Shown: positions 30,130 to 39,426, counted from the stretch's first letter. The stretch: 64,000 bases of DNA from an uncultured Draconibacterium sp. (GCA_963662825.2 CAXXTY010000001.1:739884-803883), one strand, 5' to 3'. A program made the numbers and translations. Notes: a model not told the origin generated them from the letters alone.

Positions 30130-30477
30130 TTATTTTGTATTCCAAACTTTTTCGTTCAACATCCACGACTCCAGTTCAAGACCGGTTTCAATTTCAATTT
30201 TAAAACTTTCTGCTTCTTTGTTTTGCCATGCAGTTTCATCGGTCATCCAGTTTTCAAGCTCAAGATTTTCTTCAGAAACCTGGTCGATAAAATAAACTGC
30301 ATCAAAATTATTCCAGTAAATTTCATTTACCATCCAGTTTTCAACATCCAATGCCGATTCTGTACTATTTTCATCGTTCGAAAAAATAAACTCAGTACCT
30401 TCTGCTTTTGCATTTCCACCTATAAATAAGAGCGAAAAAATTGATGCGATAACAAAGTGATTAATTTTTGTTTTCAT
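30130..30477 (-). CDS. Small secreted repeat protein with three E-[NS]-W-M-x-[ND]-E-x-x-W repeats
   Basis: Signal peptide MKTKINHFVIASIFSLLFIGGNAKA, then LDVENWMVNEIYWNN, LELENWMTDETAWQN and LELESWMLNEKVWNT. Start trimmed to 30477. Confidence 0.5.
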   Translation of the reverse strand: MKTKINHFVIASIFSLLFIGGNAKAEGTEFIFSNDENSTESALDVENWMVNEIYWNNFDAVYFIDQVSEENLELENWMTDETAWQNKEAESFKIEIETGLELESWMLNEKVWNTK

Positions 30478-30895
30478 AGTTTCTGTTTTTTCTGTTTTCT
30501 TACTGATTGAATTTGTTTTCTCTGCTTTTGTTTTCAATAACATAGACTCACACTTTTCAAAAAGTTTAAAAATCAAATTGTTAAAAAATATGAAATTTCA
30601 TTCAAAAAATCCAGGAAGGCAAGTAAATCAGAGGCTTCAGTGTAAAAATGAAACAATTAAAAAAGTTTACTTTCCAAATTTTTCATTTTTAGGAGAATTA
30701 AATACAGTAATAAATTGAAATAATATTTTCAAAAGAGAATTAAACATAACTACAAAAACAGAGTCCAATAAACACGCAATTAAAACATTAATCTGCTAAC
30801 CTGCTAAACGGGGCTCCTTGTTCTGAATAAGGAGCCTCATATTTCAAATGTTTAAGAATGTATTTTAAGAAAGTGTTGAAAACGTAAAAATAAGG

Positions 30896-31135
30896 TTAAC
30901 CAAATTTTACTTGTTTTTCATTTTGCTCCAGATTCCAACGGCTATGAAACCGATCAGGAACAAAATAATGAGAACCAAAATTACCCTGAGAAAATAATAC
31001 ACGGCTTTTAGATTTATTGAACTTAATATTTACTGAACTCAAAAATAGAAAAATTTTGAATTCACCACTGTCAATAAATAATTCCTCACCATCTTTCTCA
31101 AACAATACATCTGAAATAATATTTGCAAAACTCAA
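30896..31135 (-). CDS. Doubtful small hypothetical ORF
   Basis: 79-aa ORF in an AT-rich gap. A GGCTCCTT/AAGGAGCC hairpin lies downstream at about 30812-30838. No recognisable motifs. Confidence 0.2.
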   Translation of the reverse strand: MSFANIISDVLFEKDGEELFIDSGEFKIFLFLSSVNIKFNKSKSRVLFSQGNFGSHYFVPDRFHSRWNLEQNEKQVKFG

Positions 31136-31208
31136 TTTTATGGTTTGAAATAGCTTGCTATCTTTGAAAGAAATAACCGGATATTTTCCGCTGAATGAAC
31201 GACCAACT

Positions 31209-32528
31209 ATGATGCCTTTAATTGTTGTTTTTACCGGAGTTTTACTTCTACTTTTGCTGATAACCCTTGCCAGAATAAATGCTTTTATTTCGTTTACACT
31301 GGTTTGTATTTATGTGGGTTTAATGATGGGGCTACCGCTTGAAACCATTGTTGAATCGATAAAAAAAGGAATGGGTGAAACTCTTGGATTGCTGGTATTG
31401 ATCCTCGGTTTTGGCTCCATGCTCGGTAAAATAGTTGCCGACAGTGGCGCTGCACAAAAAATCACACAAACGCTTGTGGCAACATTCGGCCTGAAAAAAA
31501 TCCACTGGGCATTAATGTTAACCGGGTTAATTGTAGGAATTCCGATGTTTTACTCCGTTGGATTTGTAATTCTGATACCGATTGTTTTTACCGTTGCCGC
31601 GTCAACCGGCCTGCCTTTGATTTTTGTCGGGCTGCCCATGCTGGCCTCTCTGTCGGTTACGCACGGTTATCTTCCGCCACACCCCGCGCCGACTGCCATT
31701 GCCGGGATGTTTGGCGCCGATTTGGGTAAAACCATTTTTTACGGACTTTTGGTTGCCATTCCTGCAATAATTGTTGCCGGACCGGTACTTTCTCCACGTT
31801 TTAAGAAAATAAAAGCCATACCGCTAAAAGAATTTACCGGGCAAAATATTTTGGATGAAAAAGAACTCCCTTCGACATTTATAAGCATTTTAACTGCATT
31901 AATGCCTGTAATTTTAATTGGAGTTTCCGGGATTCTTGCTTTCTTTTTTACTGAATCATCTTTTGTTTATCCGTTTATTAAAGGAATCGGCGACCCCGTA
32001 ATTGCAATGCTTTTGTCGGTACTTTTTGCTGTTTTTGTGCTCGGAATGCGAAATGGTAAAAAAATGAAAGAGGTAATGGAAAGTCTGGTTCAGGCCATTT
32101 CTAGTATTGCTATGATTTTGTTGATCCTGGCCGGAGCCGGTGGTTTGAAGGAAGTTCTGGTAACCAGCGGAATCAGCGATTATCTGGGAGAATTATTACG
32201 ACATTCGGGAATGTCGCCCATTTTACTGGCGTGGCTGATCGCTGCTGTGATTCGTGTTGCTGTGGGTTCTGCCACAGTTGCGGGAATGACCGCTGCCGGA
32301 ATTGTTTTACCGCTGGTTTCACAACCCGGTGTTTCTCCTGAATTGATGGTGCTTGCCATAGGTGCCGGAAGTTTGATGCTTTCGCACGTAAACGACGGCG
32401 GTTTCTGGATGTTCAAGGAATATTTCAACATTTCGGTGAAAGAAACCTTTTTAACCTGGACTGTAATGGAAACTACAATTTCGATTGTTGGATTAATTGT
32501 AATTTTACTGTTGAACAATTTCATTTAA
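31209..32528 (+). CDS. GntP-family permease (DsdX-like candidate D-serine / small organic acid importer)
   Basis: GntP blocks as in 587-1945. Start trimmed to MMPLIVVF. It is the first gene of a tightly spaced four-gene cluster. Confidence 0.8.
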   Translation: MMPLIVVFTGVLLLLLLITLARINAFISFTLVCIYVGLMMGLPLETIVESIKKGMGETLGLLVLILGFGSMLGKIVADSGAAQKITQTLVATFGLKKIHWALMLTGLIVGIPMFYSVGFVILIPIVFTVAASTGLPLIFVGLPMLASLSVTHGYLPPHPAPTAIAGMFGADLGKTIFYGLLVAIPAIIVAGPVLSPRFKKIKAIPLKEFTGQNILDEKELPSTFISILTALMPVILIGVSGILAFFFTESSFVYPFIKGIGDPVIAMLLSVLFAVFVLGMRNGKKMKEVMESLVQAISSIAMILLILAGAGGLKEVLVTSGISDYLGELLRHSGMSPILLAWLIAAVIRVAVGSATVAGMTAAGIVLPLVSQPGVSPELMVLAIGAGSLMLSHVNDGGFWMFKEYFNISVKETFLTWTVMETTISIVGLIVILLLNNFI

Positions 32529-32533
32529 ATAAT

Positions 32534-33001
32534 ATGAACACAATAGAAGAAAAAATAAAAGCTTTGGGTCTGGAATTGCCGCCCGCACCGCCACTCGGAG
32601 GAATTTATCATCCTGTAGTTGTTGTTGGAAACCAATTGTATGTTTCGGGGCAGGGACCGTTAAAAAGTGACGGAACGTTGATAAAAGGAAAAGTTGGCAA
32701 AGACCTTACTCTCGAAGAAGGACAACTGGCTGCGCGTCAGGTTGGGTTAACAATGCTGGCCACTATAAAAGCACAAATCGGTGATTTGGGAAAAATTAAA
32801 CGCCTGATAAAAACGCTCGGAATGGTAAACTGCTATCCTGAATTTGAACAACACCCGCAAACCATCAACGGATTCAGTCAGTTAATGGTAGATATTTTAG
32901 GCGAACAAAACGGAAAAGGGGCACGCAGCGCCGTGGGAATGACTCTACCCGGAAATATTGCCGTTGAAGTAGAATGTATTTTTGAACTGAACGAGGAATA
33001 G
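32534..33001 (+). CDS. RidA/YjgF-family reactive enamine-imine deaminase
   Basis: 155 aa with YjgF/YER057c/UK114-like architecture (LYVSGQGP..., ...AVEVECIFEL). Confidence 0.8.
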   Translation: MNTIEEKIKALGLELPPAPPLGGIYHPVVVVGNQLYVSGQGPLKSDGTLIKGKVGKDLTLEEGQLAARQVGLTMLATIKAQIGDLGKIKRLIKTLGMVNCYPEFEQHPQTINGFSQLMVDILGEQNGKGARSAVGMTLPGNIAVEVECIFELNEE

Positions 33002-33009
33002 AACCCAAA

Positions 33010-34098
33010 ATGTGGTACAAAATAAAGAACGAAAATGAAATTTTTACTCCGTCGGTGCTGATTTACCCCGACCGGATTCAGGAAAATATTCGACGGATGA
33101 TAAAAATTGCAGGCGATGTTTCTCGATTGAGGCCGCATGTAAAAACGCACAAAATTGCTGAAATAATTCAACTCCAGGTTCAGCAAAACATCACCCGTTT
33201 TAAATGTGCCACACTCACCGAAATGGAAATGACAGCTGCCAACGGCGCAACCGATATTTTGCTGGCGTATCCGCTTTTGGGTCCCGACGTTAAAAAATAT
33301 TTCAGCATTAATAAAAGTTACCCGCAGGTAAAATTTTCGGTGCATGTTGATAATGAAAAATCGGCCGGAATACTTTCAAATGAAGCTAAATTTCAAAACC
33401 AGAAAGTGAATGTTTTTATTGATATTGACAACGGCATGCACCGCACCGGAATAGAAGCGGAGCCTGCTTTTGAACTGGCAAAATCTATTTCGGAAAATTC
33501 GTGGTTAAATCTGGCCGGACTTCACATTTACGACGGTCACATTCATGTTTCTGATTTTAATATCCGGGAAGAACAATGTGAAAACGATTTCAACGCCGTA
33601 AATAAATTGGTTGAAAAATTAACCGGCATTGGCATTAAAATCGAAGAACTGGCCTGCGGAGGAACATTTACTTTTCCAATTCATGCAAAATACAAAAACC
33701 GGACGCTTTGCCCCGGAACATCTGTTTTGTGGGATGCCGGTTATGAAAAAAATATTCCTGATCTCGATTTTCAGGTGGCAGCCGTTCTTGCCGGGCGGGT
33801 AATCAGCAAACCTCACGAAAAGGTTTGTTTTGATTTGGGTTACAAAGCCATGGCTTCAGAAATGCCGCAGCCACGACTGCAATTCCCTGAAATTCAAATT
33901 AAAACCATCGAAAACCAAAGCGAAGAGCACCTTGTAATTTCAACACCTGAAGCTGAAAAATTACAACCCGGCGATTTTGTTTATGCTGTGCCTGTTCACA
34001 TTTGTCCAACCATGGCACTTCAGGAACGCGTTTATGTTGTAAAAAACCAGGAAGCTGCTGAAACATGGGAGGTGGTTGCCCGAAAACGAATCTATTAA
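33010..34098 (+). CDS. D-TA family PLP-dependent enzyme (D-serine dehydratase DSD1-like / D-threonine aldolase-like, fold type III)
   Basis: 362 aa. Alanine-racemase-like N-terminal barrel with PLP lysine context RPHVKTHK, and a C-terminal D-serine-dehydratase-like domain (EEHLVIS..., VPVHICPT). Confidence 0.75.
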   Translation: MWYKIKNENEIFTPSVLIYPDRIQENIRRMIKIAGDVSRLRPHVKTHKIAEIIQLQVQQNITRFKCATLTEMEMTAANGATDILLAYPLLGPDVKKYFSINKSYPQVKFSVHVDNEKSAGILSNEAKFQNQKVNVFIDIDNGMHRTGIEAEPAFELAKSISENSWLNLAGLHIYDGHIHVSDFNIREEQCENDFNAVNKLVEKLTGIGIKIEELACGGTFTFPIHAKYKNRTLCPGTSVLWDAGYEKNIPDLDFQVAAVLAGRVISKPHEKVCFDLGYKAMASEMPQPRLQFPEIQIKTIENQSEEHLVISTPEAEKLQPGDFVYAVPVHICPTMALQERVYVVKNQEAAETWEVVARKRIY

Positions 34099-34110
34099 AA
34101 CTGAAAGAAT

Positions 34111-35196
34111 ATGAAAAACTCCAACGATAAAATCCTTTGTTTTGATGCACACCTTGACATTTCGATGAATGCCATGGAATGGAACCGCGACCAGCGCTGG
34201 ACTGTGCAGCAAATCCGTGAAAGTGAAAGAGGAATGACCGACAAACCCGATCGCGAACGAAATACGGTTTCGTTTCCGGCGCTTCGTGAAGGTAAAGTCG
34301 GACTGGTAGTGGCAACACAAATCAGCCGGGTAGTAAAACCCGGAAGCCCGATTCAAGGGTGGTTTTCACAAGAACAGGCTTGGTCGCAAACGCAAGGACA
34401 GTTGCAGTGGTACCGCACCATGGAAGAAGCAGGCGAAATGAAACAAATTACTGATAAAAAGTCGCTGGAAGAAAGTTTGAAACTCTGGGAAAACCCCGAT
34501 GAAAAAACTCCTGTTTGTTACTTGCTGAGCCTCGAAGGCGCCGATTCTATTGTTTCGATGGAACATTTGCACCGTGCCTACAATTCCGGATTGCGAGCTA
34601 TTGGACCGGCACATTACGGACCGGGAATTTATGCCAACGGAACCGATTCTTCAGGACGTCTAAACGAAAAAGGCATTGAACTGCTCAAAACCATGGAAAA
34701 GCTGAATATGATTCTGGATGCCACCCACCTGAACGACGACGCATTCTGGCACGCCATGGAAATGTACGACGCACCGGTTTGGGCAAGCCACAACAATTGC
34801 CGGAAATTTGTAAACCACAACCGCCAGTTTTCGGATGAAATGATTCAGGAACTAATTCAGCACAATGCGGTAATCGGAATTGCCCTGGATGCCTGGATGA
34901 TGGTTCCCGGCTGGATTCGCGGTGAATCGACACCAAAATCGCAAAATGTTACTTTGGAAATTATGGCCGACAACATCGACCACGTTTGCCAGTTGGCGGG
35001 AAATTCGTTACATGCCGGTATTGGCAGCGACCTTGACGGCGCATTTGGAACCGAACAGTGTCCGTACGATTTGGACACCATTGCCGACATTCAGAAAGTT
35101 CCGAAAATTCTGGAAAAACGGGGTTACAAAACAGAAGACATCGAAAATATTATGCACGGAAATTTTATCCGTTTTTTGAAGAATTGTCTTCCATAA
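34111..35196 (+). CDS. Membrane (renal-type) dipeptidase, peptidase family M19
   Basis: 361 aa. FDAHLD metal motif, LEGADSI, DATHLND, SHNNCR...HNRQFSDE and GIGSDLDG blocks. Confidence 0.8.
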   Translation: MKNSNDKILCFDAHLDISMNAMEWNRDQRWTVQQIRESERGMTDKPDRERNTVSFPALREGKVGLVVATQISRVVKPGSPIQGWFSQEQAWSQTQGQLQWYRTMEEAGEMKQITDKKSLEESLKLWENPDEKTPVCYLLSLEGADSIVSMEHLHRAYNSGLRAIGPAHYGPGIYANGTDSSGRLNEKGIELLKTMEKLNMILDATHLNDDAFWHAMEMYDAPVWASHNNCRKFVNHNRQFSDEMIQELIQHNAVIGIALDAWMMVPGWIRGESTPKSQNVTLEIMADNIDHVCQLAGNSLHAGIGSDLDGAFGTEQCPYDLDTIADIQKVPKILEKRGYKTEDIENIMHGNFIRFLKNCLP

Positions 35197-35225
35197 AGTG
35201 TAGAAATTTCATTCAAATAAAAACA

Positions 35226-35291
35226 CGTGCTGAAATCAGAATAAAGTTCAATAAAAATTTGTGTTAAACTTTATTTATTGAATTCAGCACG
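35226..35291. repeat. Long imperfect inverted repeat (about 23-25-nt arms) downstream of the dipeptidase gene
   Basis: CGTGCTGAAATCAGAATAAAGTT ... AACTTTATTTATTGAATTCAGCACG. Possibly the operon terminator, but it lacks a T tract. Confidence 0.45.
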
Positions 35292-35326
35292 CATTGACAG
35301 CACTTTAAACTTTCAACTTTTCCTTG

Positions 35327-35334
35327 TACATTTG
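35327..35334 (+). promoter_or_regulatory. Candidate -7 box (TACATTTG) of the valS promoter
   Basis: Matches TAnnTTTG, 39 nt upstream of the valS ATG. I saw no clean -33 TTTG. Confidence 0.35.
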
Positions 35335-35372
35335 CACCTCAAATTTTATTTACATTTCTGAAAGAAAAGAAC

Positions 35373-38300
35373 ATGGAAATTGCGAGCAAATACAATCCGG
35401 CCGAAGTTGAAAACAAATGGTACAAATACTGGACGAAAAACAAGTATTTTCATTCTGAACCCGATGAACGTGAACCGTATACCATTGTTATTCCGCCTCC
35501 GAATGTCACGGGAGTACTGCACATGGGGCACATGCTCAACAATACCATTCAGGATATTCTGGTTCGCCGTGCCCGAATGACGGGTAAAAATGCCTGCTGG
35601 GTTCCGGGAACCGACCACGCATCGATTGCCACCGAAGCCAAAGTGGTAAATAAACTTCGCGACCAGGGAATAGACAAATACGATCTTTCGCGCGAAGAAT
35701 TTCTGAAACATGCCTGGGAATGGACCGACAAACACGGCGGTATTATTCTGGAACAGCTGAAAAAACTTGGCGCTTCCTGCGACTGGGACCGCACTGCATT
35801 TACTATGGACGAAGCACGCAGCGAATCTGTTATCAAAGTCTTTATCGATTTGTTCAACAAAGGATTGATTTACCGCGGTGTTCGTATGGTTAACTGGGAC
35901 CCCGCTGCAAAAACAGCTCTTTCCGACGAAGAAGTGAATTACAAGGAAATGCAGGGAAAACTGTATTACCTGAAATATAAAATAGAGGAAGCCCCCCTTA
36001 ATCCCCCCGAAGGGGGGAAAAAGAATCCCCTGTACCAAACAGCACGTAAATCGGAATATGAATTATTAAAAAAGAATGCCAAAGAATTACGCCATTTTTC
36101 AACTGAAGCTGAAAGTGCATTGTGGGAAATGGTACGTGCAAATAAATTGGGTGAAAAATTCAGAAGACAACATATTATTAATGATATAATTGTTGATTTT
36201 GTATGTCTTCCTGAAAAGCTTGTAATAGAAGTTGATGGGGGTTATCACAAGAATCCTGAAATTCAAAATCTGGATATATTGAAAACTGATATTCTGAACG
36301 AATTAGGATATACAGTAATTCGATTCTCCAACGAAGAGGTATTGGGAAATATCGATTCAGTGATACGATCGATTGAAGATGCGTTAAAAAGCTCCCCCTC
36401 CGGGGGAGTTGAGGGGGCTGAGTATATAACTATCGCAACAACACGTCCCGAAACCATTTTAGGCGACACCGCGGTTTGTGTAAATCCGGCCGATGAACGT
36501 TTTGCACACCTTGTTGGTAAACGTGTGCTGGTTCCGCTCATTAACCGCTCTATTCCTGTAATTGCCGATGATTACGTTGATATGGAATTTGGTACCGGTT
36601 GTTTAAAAATTACTCCGGCACACGATATTAACGACTACGAAATCGGGATGCGCCACAACCTGCCTTCCATCGATATTTTTAACGACAATGGAACACTGAG
36701 CGAAAAAGCCGAAATTTTTATCGGAGAAGACCGTTTTGCGGTTCGCGATAAAATTATTCCCGAACTTGAAAAAGCAGGCAATCTTGCCAAAATCGAAGAT
36801 TACACCAACAAAGTGGGCTTTTCAGAAAGAACCGATGTAATTATCGAACCTAAACTTTCGGCACAGTGGTTCCTGAAAATGGACGAACTGGTAAAACCCG
36901 CGCTGGAAAATGTGATGAACGACACCATCAAATTCCACCCGGCAAAATTCAAAAATATTTACAACCACTGGATGGGCAACATCAAGGACTGGTGCATTAG
37001 TCGCCAGTTATGGTGGGGACACCAGATTCCGGTGTATTATATTGAAGCCCCCCTTAATCCCCCCGAAGGGGGAAGTTGGGGTTTTGTGGTTGCGGAAAAC
37101 GAAGAAGAAGCGCGAAAAATGGTGCTTGCTAAACACCCCTCCCTCGGAGGGGAAGGGGGAGGCTTTACCTTAAAACAGGACGAAGACGCGCTCGATACCT
37201 GGTTTTCGAGCTGGCTGTGGCCTATTTCTGTTTTCGACGGAATCCGTTATCCTGAAAACGACGAAATAAAATATTACTATCCTACTTCGGATTTGGTAAC
37301 TGCGCCCGATATTATTTTCTTTTGGGTAGCCCGGATGATTATTGCCGGTTACGAATACCGTAACGAATTCCCGTATAAAAATGTGTATTTCACCGGAATG
37401 GTTCGTGATGCACAACGCAGGAAAATGTCGAAATCGCTGGGTAATTCGCCTGATCCGCTCGATTTGATTGCCAAATACGGAGCCGACGGCGTTCGCGTGG
37501 GAATGTTACTTTGTTCTCCTGCCGGTGGTGATTTGCTTTTCGATGAAGGGCTGCCACAGCAAGGAGCAGGTTTTGCAACAAAAATATGGAATGCTTTCCG
37601 ACTGGTAAAAAACTGGGAAGTTTCTTCAGAAATTGAACAACCGGAACATTCAAAACTGGCCATCGAATGGTTCAGAAATAAATTAAGTGAAGTTGTTTTC
37701 ACCTTAAATAATCAATTTGATCAGTTCCGTATTTCGGAAGCGTTAATGACTGTTTACACCACAGTTCGCGACGAATTTTCGGGTTGGCTGCTTGAAGTTG
37801 TAAAACCGGCGTACCAACAACCCATTGATGCAAAAACGTATGCTGAAGTTGTTGAACTTTTCGACCAGATGCTGCGGCTGATGCACCCGTTTATGCCGTT
37901 TATTACTGAAGAAATCTGGCAAATGCTGACCGACAGAAAAGAAGGTGAAAGTATTATGATCAGCCAGCTTCCAAAAGCCGAAACATTTGATGCCGATTTA
38001 CTGGCTGCATTTGAAAATGCAAAAGAGGCGATTTCAGGAATTCGTAAAATTCGCACCGACAAAAATATTCCGAACAAAGACACACTTGCTTTAAAAGTTC
38101 AGCAGGGCGACAAAGGTTTTGAACCTCAATTCAACAGTGTTGTACTAAAAATGGCCAATCTTTCGTCGCTCGAAATGGTAAACGAGGAAGTAAAAGGCGC
38201 CTCTTCATTTTTGGTAAAATCAACCAATTTTTATATTCCGCTCGAAGGATTTATTGATGTTGAAGAAGAATTGAAAAAACTTCAGGAAGAACTAATTTAT

Positions 38301-38456
38301 ACACAAGGGTTTCTGGCTTCGGTTATGAAAAAACTGAGCAACGAAAAATTTGTCAGCGGTGCGCCGGCAGCGGTAGTTGATAAAGAACGCGCCAAACAAG
38401 CCGACGCCGAAGCCAAAATAAAAGTATTGGAAGAAAGAATCGCCGGGTTAAAATAG
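35373..38456 (+). CDS. valS: Valine--tRNA ligase carrying three in-frame repeat-element insertions
   Basis: 1027 aa. Class I motifs HMGH and KMSKS, TTRPET editing-domain motif, C-terminal coiled coil. It is about 165 aa longer than expected because of the inserts at 35991-36419, 37047-37082 and about 37134-37163. Confidence 0.95.
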   Translation: MEIASKYNPAEVENKWYKYWTKNKYFHSEPDEREPYTIVIPPPNVTGVLHMGHMLNNTIQDILVRRARMTGKNACWVPGTDHASIATEAKVVNKLRDQGIDKYDLSREEFLKHAWEWTDKHGGIILEQLKKLGASCDWDRTAFTMDEARSESVIKVFIDLFNKGLIYRGVRMVNWDPAAKTALSDEEVNYKEMQGKLYYLKYKIEEAPLNPPEGGKKNPLYQTARKSEYELLKKNAKELRHFSTEAESALWEMVRANKLGEKFRRQHIINDIIVDFVCLPEKLVIEVDGGYHKNPEIQNLDILKTDILNELGYTVIRFSNEEVLGNIDSVIRSIEDALKSSPSGGVEGAEYITIATTRPETILGDTAVCVNPADERFAHLVGKRVLVPLINRSIPVIADDYVDMEFGTGCLKITPAHDINDYEIGMRHNLPSIDIFNDNGTLSEKAEIFIGEDRFAVRDKIIPELEKAGNLAKIEDYTNKVGFSERTDVIIEPKLSAQWFLKMDELVKPALENVMNDTIKFHPAKFKNIYNHWMGNIKDWCISRQLWWGHQIPVYYIEAPLNPPEGGSWGFVVAENEEEARKMVLAKHPSLGGEGGGFTLKQDEDALDTWFSSWLWPISVFDGIRYPENDEIKYYYPTSDLVTAPDIIFFWVARMIIAGYEYRNEFPYKNVYFTGMVRDAQRRKMSKSLGNSPDPLDLIAKYGADGVRVGMLLCSPAGGDLLFDEGLPQQGAGFATKIWNAFRLVKNWEVSSEIEQPEHSKLAIEWFRNKLSEVVFTLNNQFDQFRISEALMTVYTTVRDEFSGWLLEVVKPAYQQPIDAKTYAEVVELFDQMLRLMHPFMPFITEEIWQMLTDRKEGESIMISQLPKAETFDADLLAAFENAKEAISGIRKIRTDKNIPNKDTLALKVQQGDKGFEPQFNSVVLKMANLSSLEMVNEEVKGASSFLVKSTNFYIPLEGFIDVEEELKKLQEELIYTQGFLASVMKKLSNEKFVSGAPAAVVDKERAKQADAEAKIKVLEERIAGLK
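35991..36419 (+). mobile_element. 429-bp GC-hairpin-bounded element encoding a DUF559 (Vsr-like PD-(D/E)xK) endonuclease domain, inserted in frame in valS
   Basis: Left end GCCCCCCTTAATCCCCCCGAAGGGGGG. Reverse complement of the right end AGCCCCCTCAACTCCCCCGGAGGGGGAG. The interior is visibly AT-richer and encodes [43 protein letters not shown]...[13 protein letters not shown]. At 143 codons exactly, it has no internal stop and no start codon of its own. Confidence 0.75.
37047..37082 (+). repeat. Solo miniature copy of the same GC-rich palindromic element, in frame in valS (encodes [12 protein letters not shown])
   Basis: GAAGCCCCCCTTAATCCCCCCGAAGGGGG (37044-37072) is identical over 29 nt to 35988-36016. 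It is followed by AAGTTGGGG, which resembles the right-end arm GAGTTGAGGGGG. Confidence 0.7.
37134..37163 (+). repeat. Third GC-rich hairpin repeat in frame in valS (encodes [10 protein letters not shown]), resembling the right end of the element
   Basis: CCCCTCC-CTC-GGAGGGG hairpin followed by AAGGGGGAGGCT. The architecture matches the right end at 36392-36419 (CTCCCCC-TCC-GGGGGAG then TTGAGGGGGCT). Confidence 0.6.
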
Positions 38457-38461
38457 AAAAC

Positions 38462-38495
38462 ACTTTTTCGAATTAGCACTTTGAAAAAGTATTTT
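38462..38495 (+). terminator. Weak AT-rich hairpin terminator after valS
   Basis: ACTTTTTC / GAAAAAGT stem followed by ATTTT. Confidence 0.35.
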
Positions 38496-38538
38496 CCGGC
38501 GAAATGATACAGAATAAATTCTCAGAAGAACAGGGCAA

Positions 38539-39426
38539 ATGATTGAAGCATTCTTCACCACGCTGGCTGTTTTGCTGAGAATTTTTTCTAATCCGGTGGG
38601 AAATGTATTTCAGAAAAAACTAACCTCGCAAGGCAAACATCCGTTAATGGTCAACTTTCTGACCTATCTTTTTTTATCAGTAATCAGCATTTTTATTGCA
38701 ATTCAGTTCGATTGGAAAGAATTACCCCGGCAGTTTTGGTTTTATTCAGTTTTGGGCGGAATTGCAGGTGCACTTGGAAACGGTTTTTTGGTAAAAGCCC
38801 TGCAAAAAGGCGACCTTTCAATCCTCGGCCCAATCAATTCATACAAATCGGTAGTCGGAATAATCGTTGCCTTATTTTTATTGCACGAAGTACCAAACTA
38901 TTGGGGAATTGCAGGCGTAATCCTGATTATTTTTGGAAGTTACTTTGTTCTCGACACCACCGACGAAAAGTTCACCTGCCGGCTGTTTAAAAAACCGGAA
39001 ATTCAATTTCGTATCTGGGCTATGATTTTAACTGCCATCGAAGCTGTCTTTATCAAAAAAATCATCCTGTTCTCGTCGGCAACTCTTGCCTTTATAAGCT
39101 GGTGCTGGTTTGGCGCTTTATTTTCGCTTTTTATCCTGATTTTATACCGCGTTAAAATTCGCGACGAATTCAAAAAAACAGAAAAAAATTCGCTGATAAA
39201 ATACCTGTGGTTGGTTGGGTGTGTAGGAATTATGCAATTTTCAACCAACTATGTTTTCGATCACATGCAGGTGGGTTTTGCGTTGTCGCTGTTTCAGCTC
39301 TCTACCATTGTTAGCGTTATTCTCGGGTATAAAGTTTTTCAGGAATCAGAAATCCGCAAAAAACTTATCGGAACTACGGTTATGATTGTAGGTTCAATAT
39401 TGATTATTCTTTTCAAAAACTTGTAA
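38539..39426 (+). CDS. EamA/DMT-family transporter
   Basis: 295 aa, about 10 TM helices in two EamA-like halves. Confidence 0.75.
   Translation: MIEAFFTTLAVLLRIFSNPVGNVFQKKLTSQGKHPLMVNFLTYLFLSVISIFIAIQFDWKELPRQFWFYSVLGGIAGALGNGFLVKALQKGDLSILGPINSYKSVVGIIVALFLLHEVPNYWGIAGVILIIFGSYFVLDTTDEKFTCRLFKKPEIQFRIWAMILTAIEAVFIKKIILFSSATLAFISWCWFGALFSLFILILYRVKIRDEFKKTEKNSLIKYLWLVGCVGIMQFSTNYVFDHMQVGFALSLFQLSTIVSVILGYKVFQESEIRKKLIGTTVMIVGSILIILFKNL

Noticed and set aside
35346-36038. 230-aa minus-strand ORF overlapping the 5' part of valS
   Set aside because: It is antisense to a strongly supported valS frame. Its sequence is low-complexity, and part of it is just the reverse translation of the GC hairpin.
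35991-36419. The valS insert as an intein, or as a group I/II intron carrying a homing endonuclease
   Set aside because: It has no intein splice-junction residues: it begins with APLNPP and ends with VEGA followed by E, with no Cys/Ser/Thr at +1 and no His-Asn. It stays in frame with no stop codons, and it lacks intron-like structure. The GC-rich terminal inverted repeats point to a DNA-level palindromic element.
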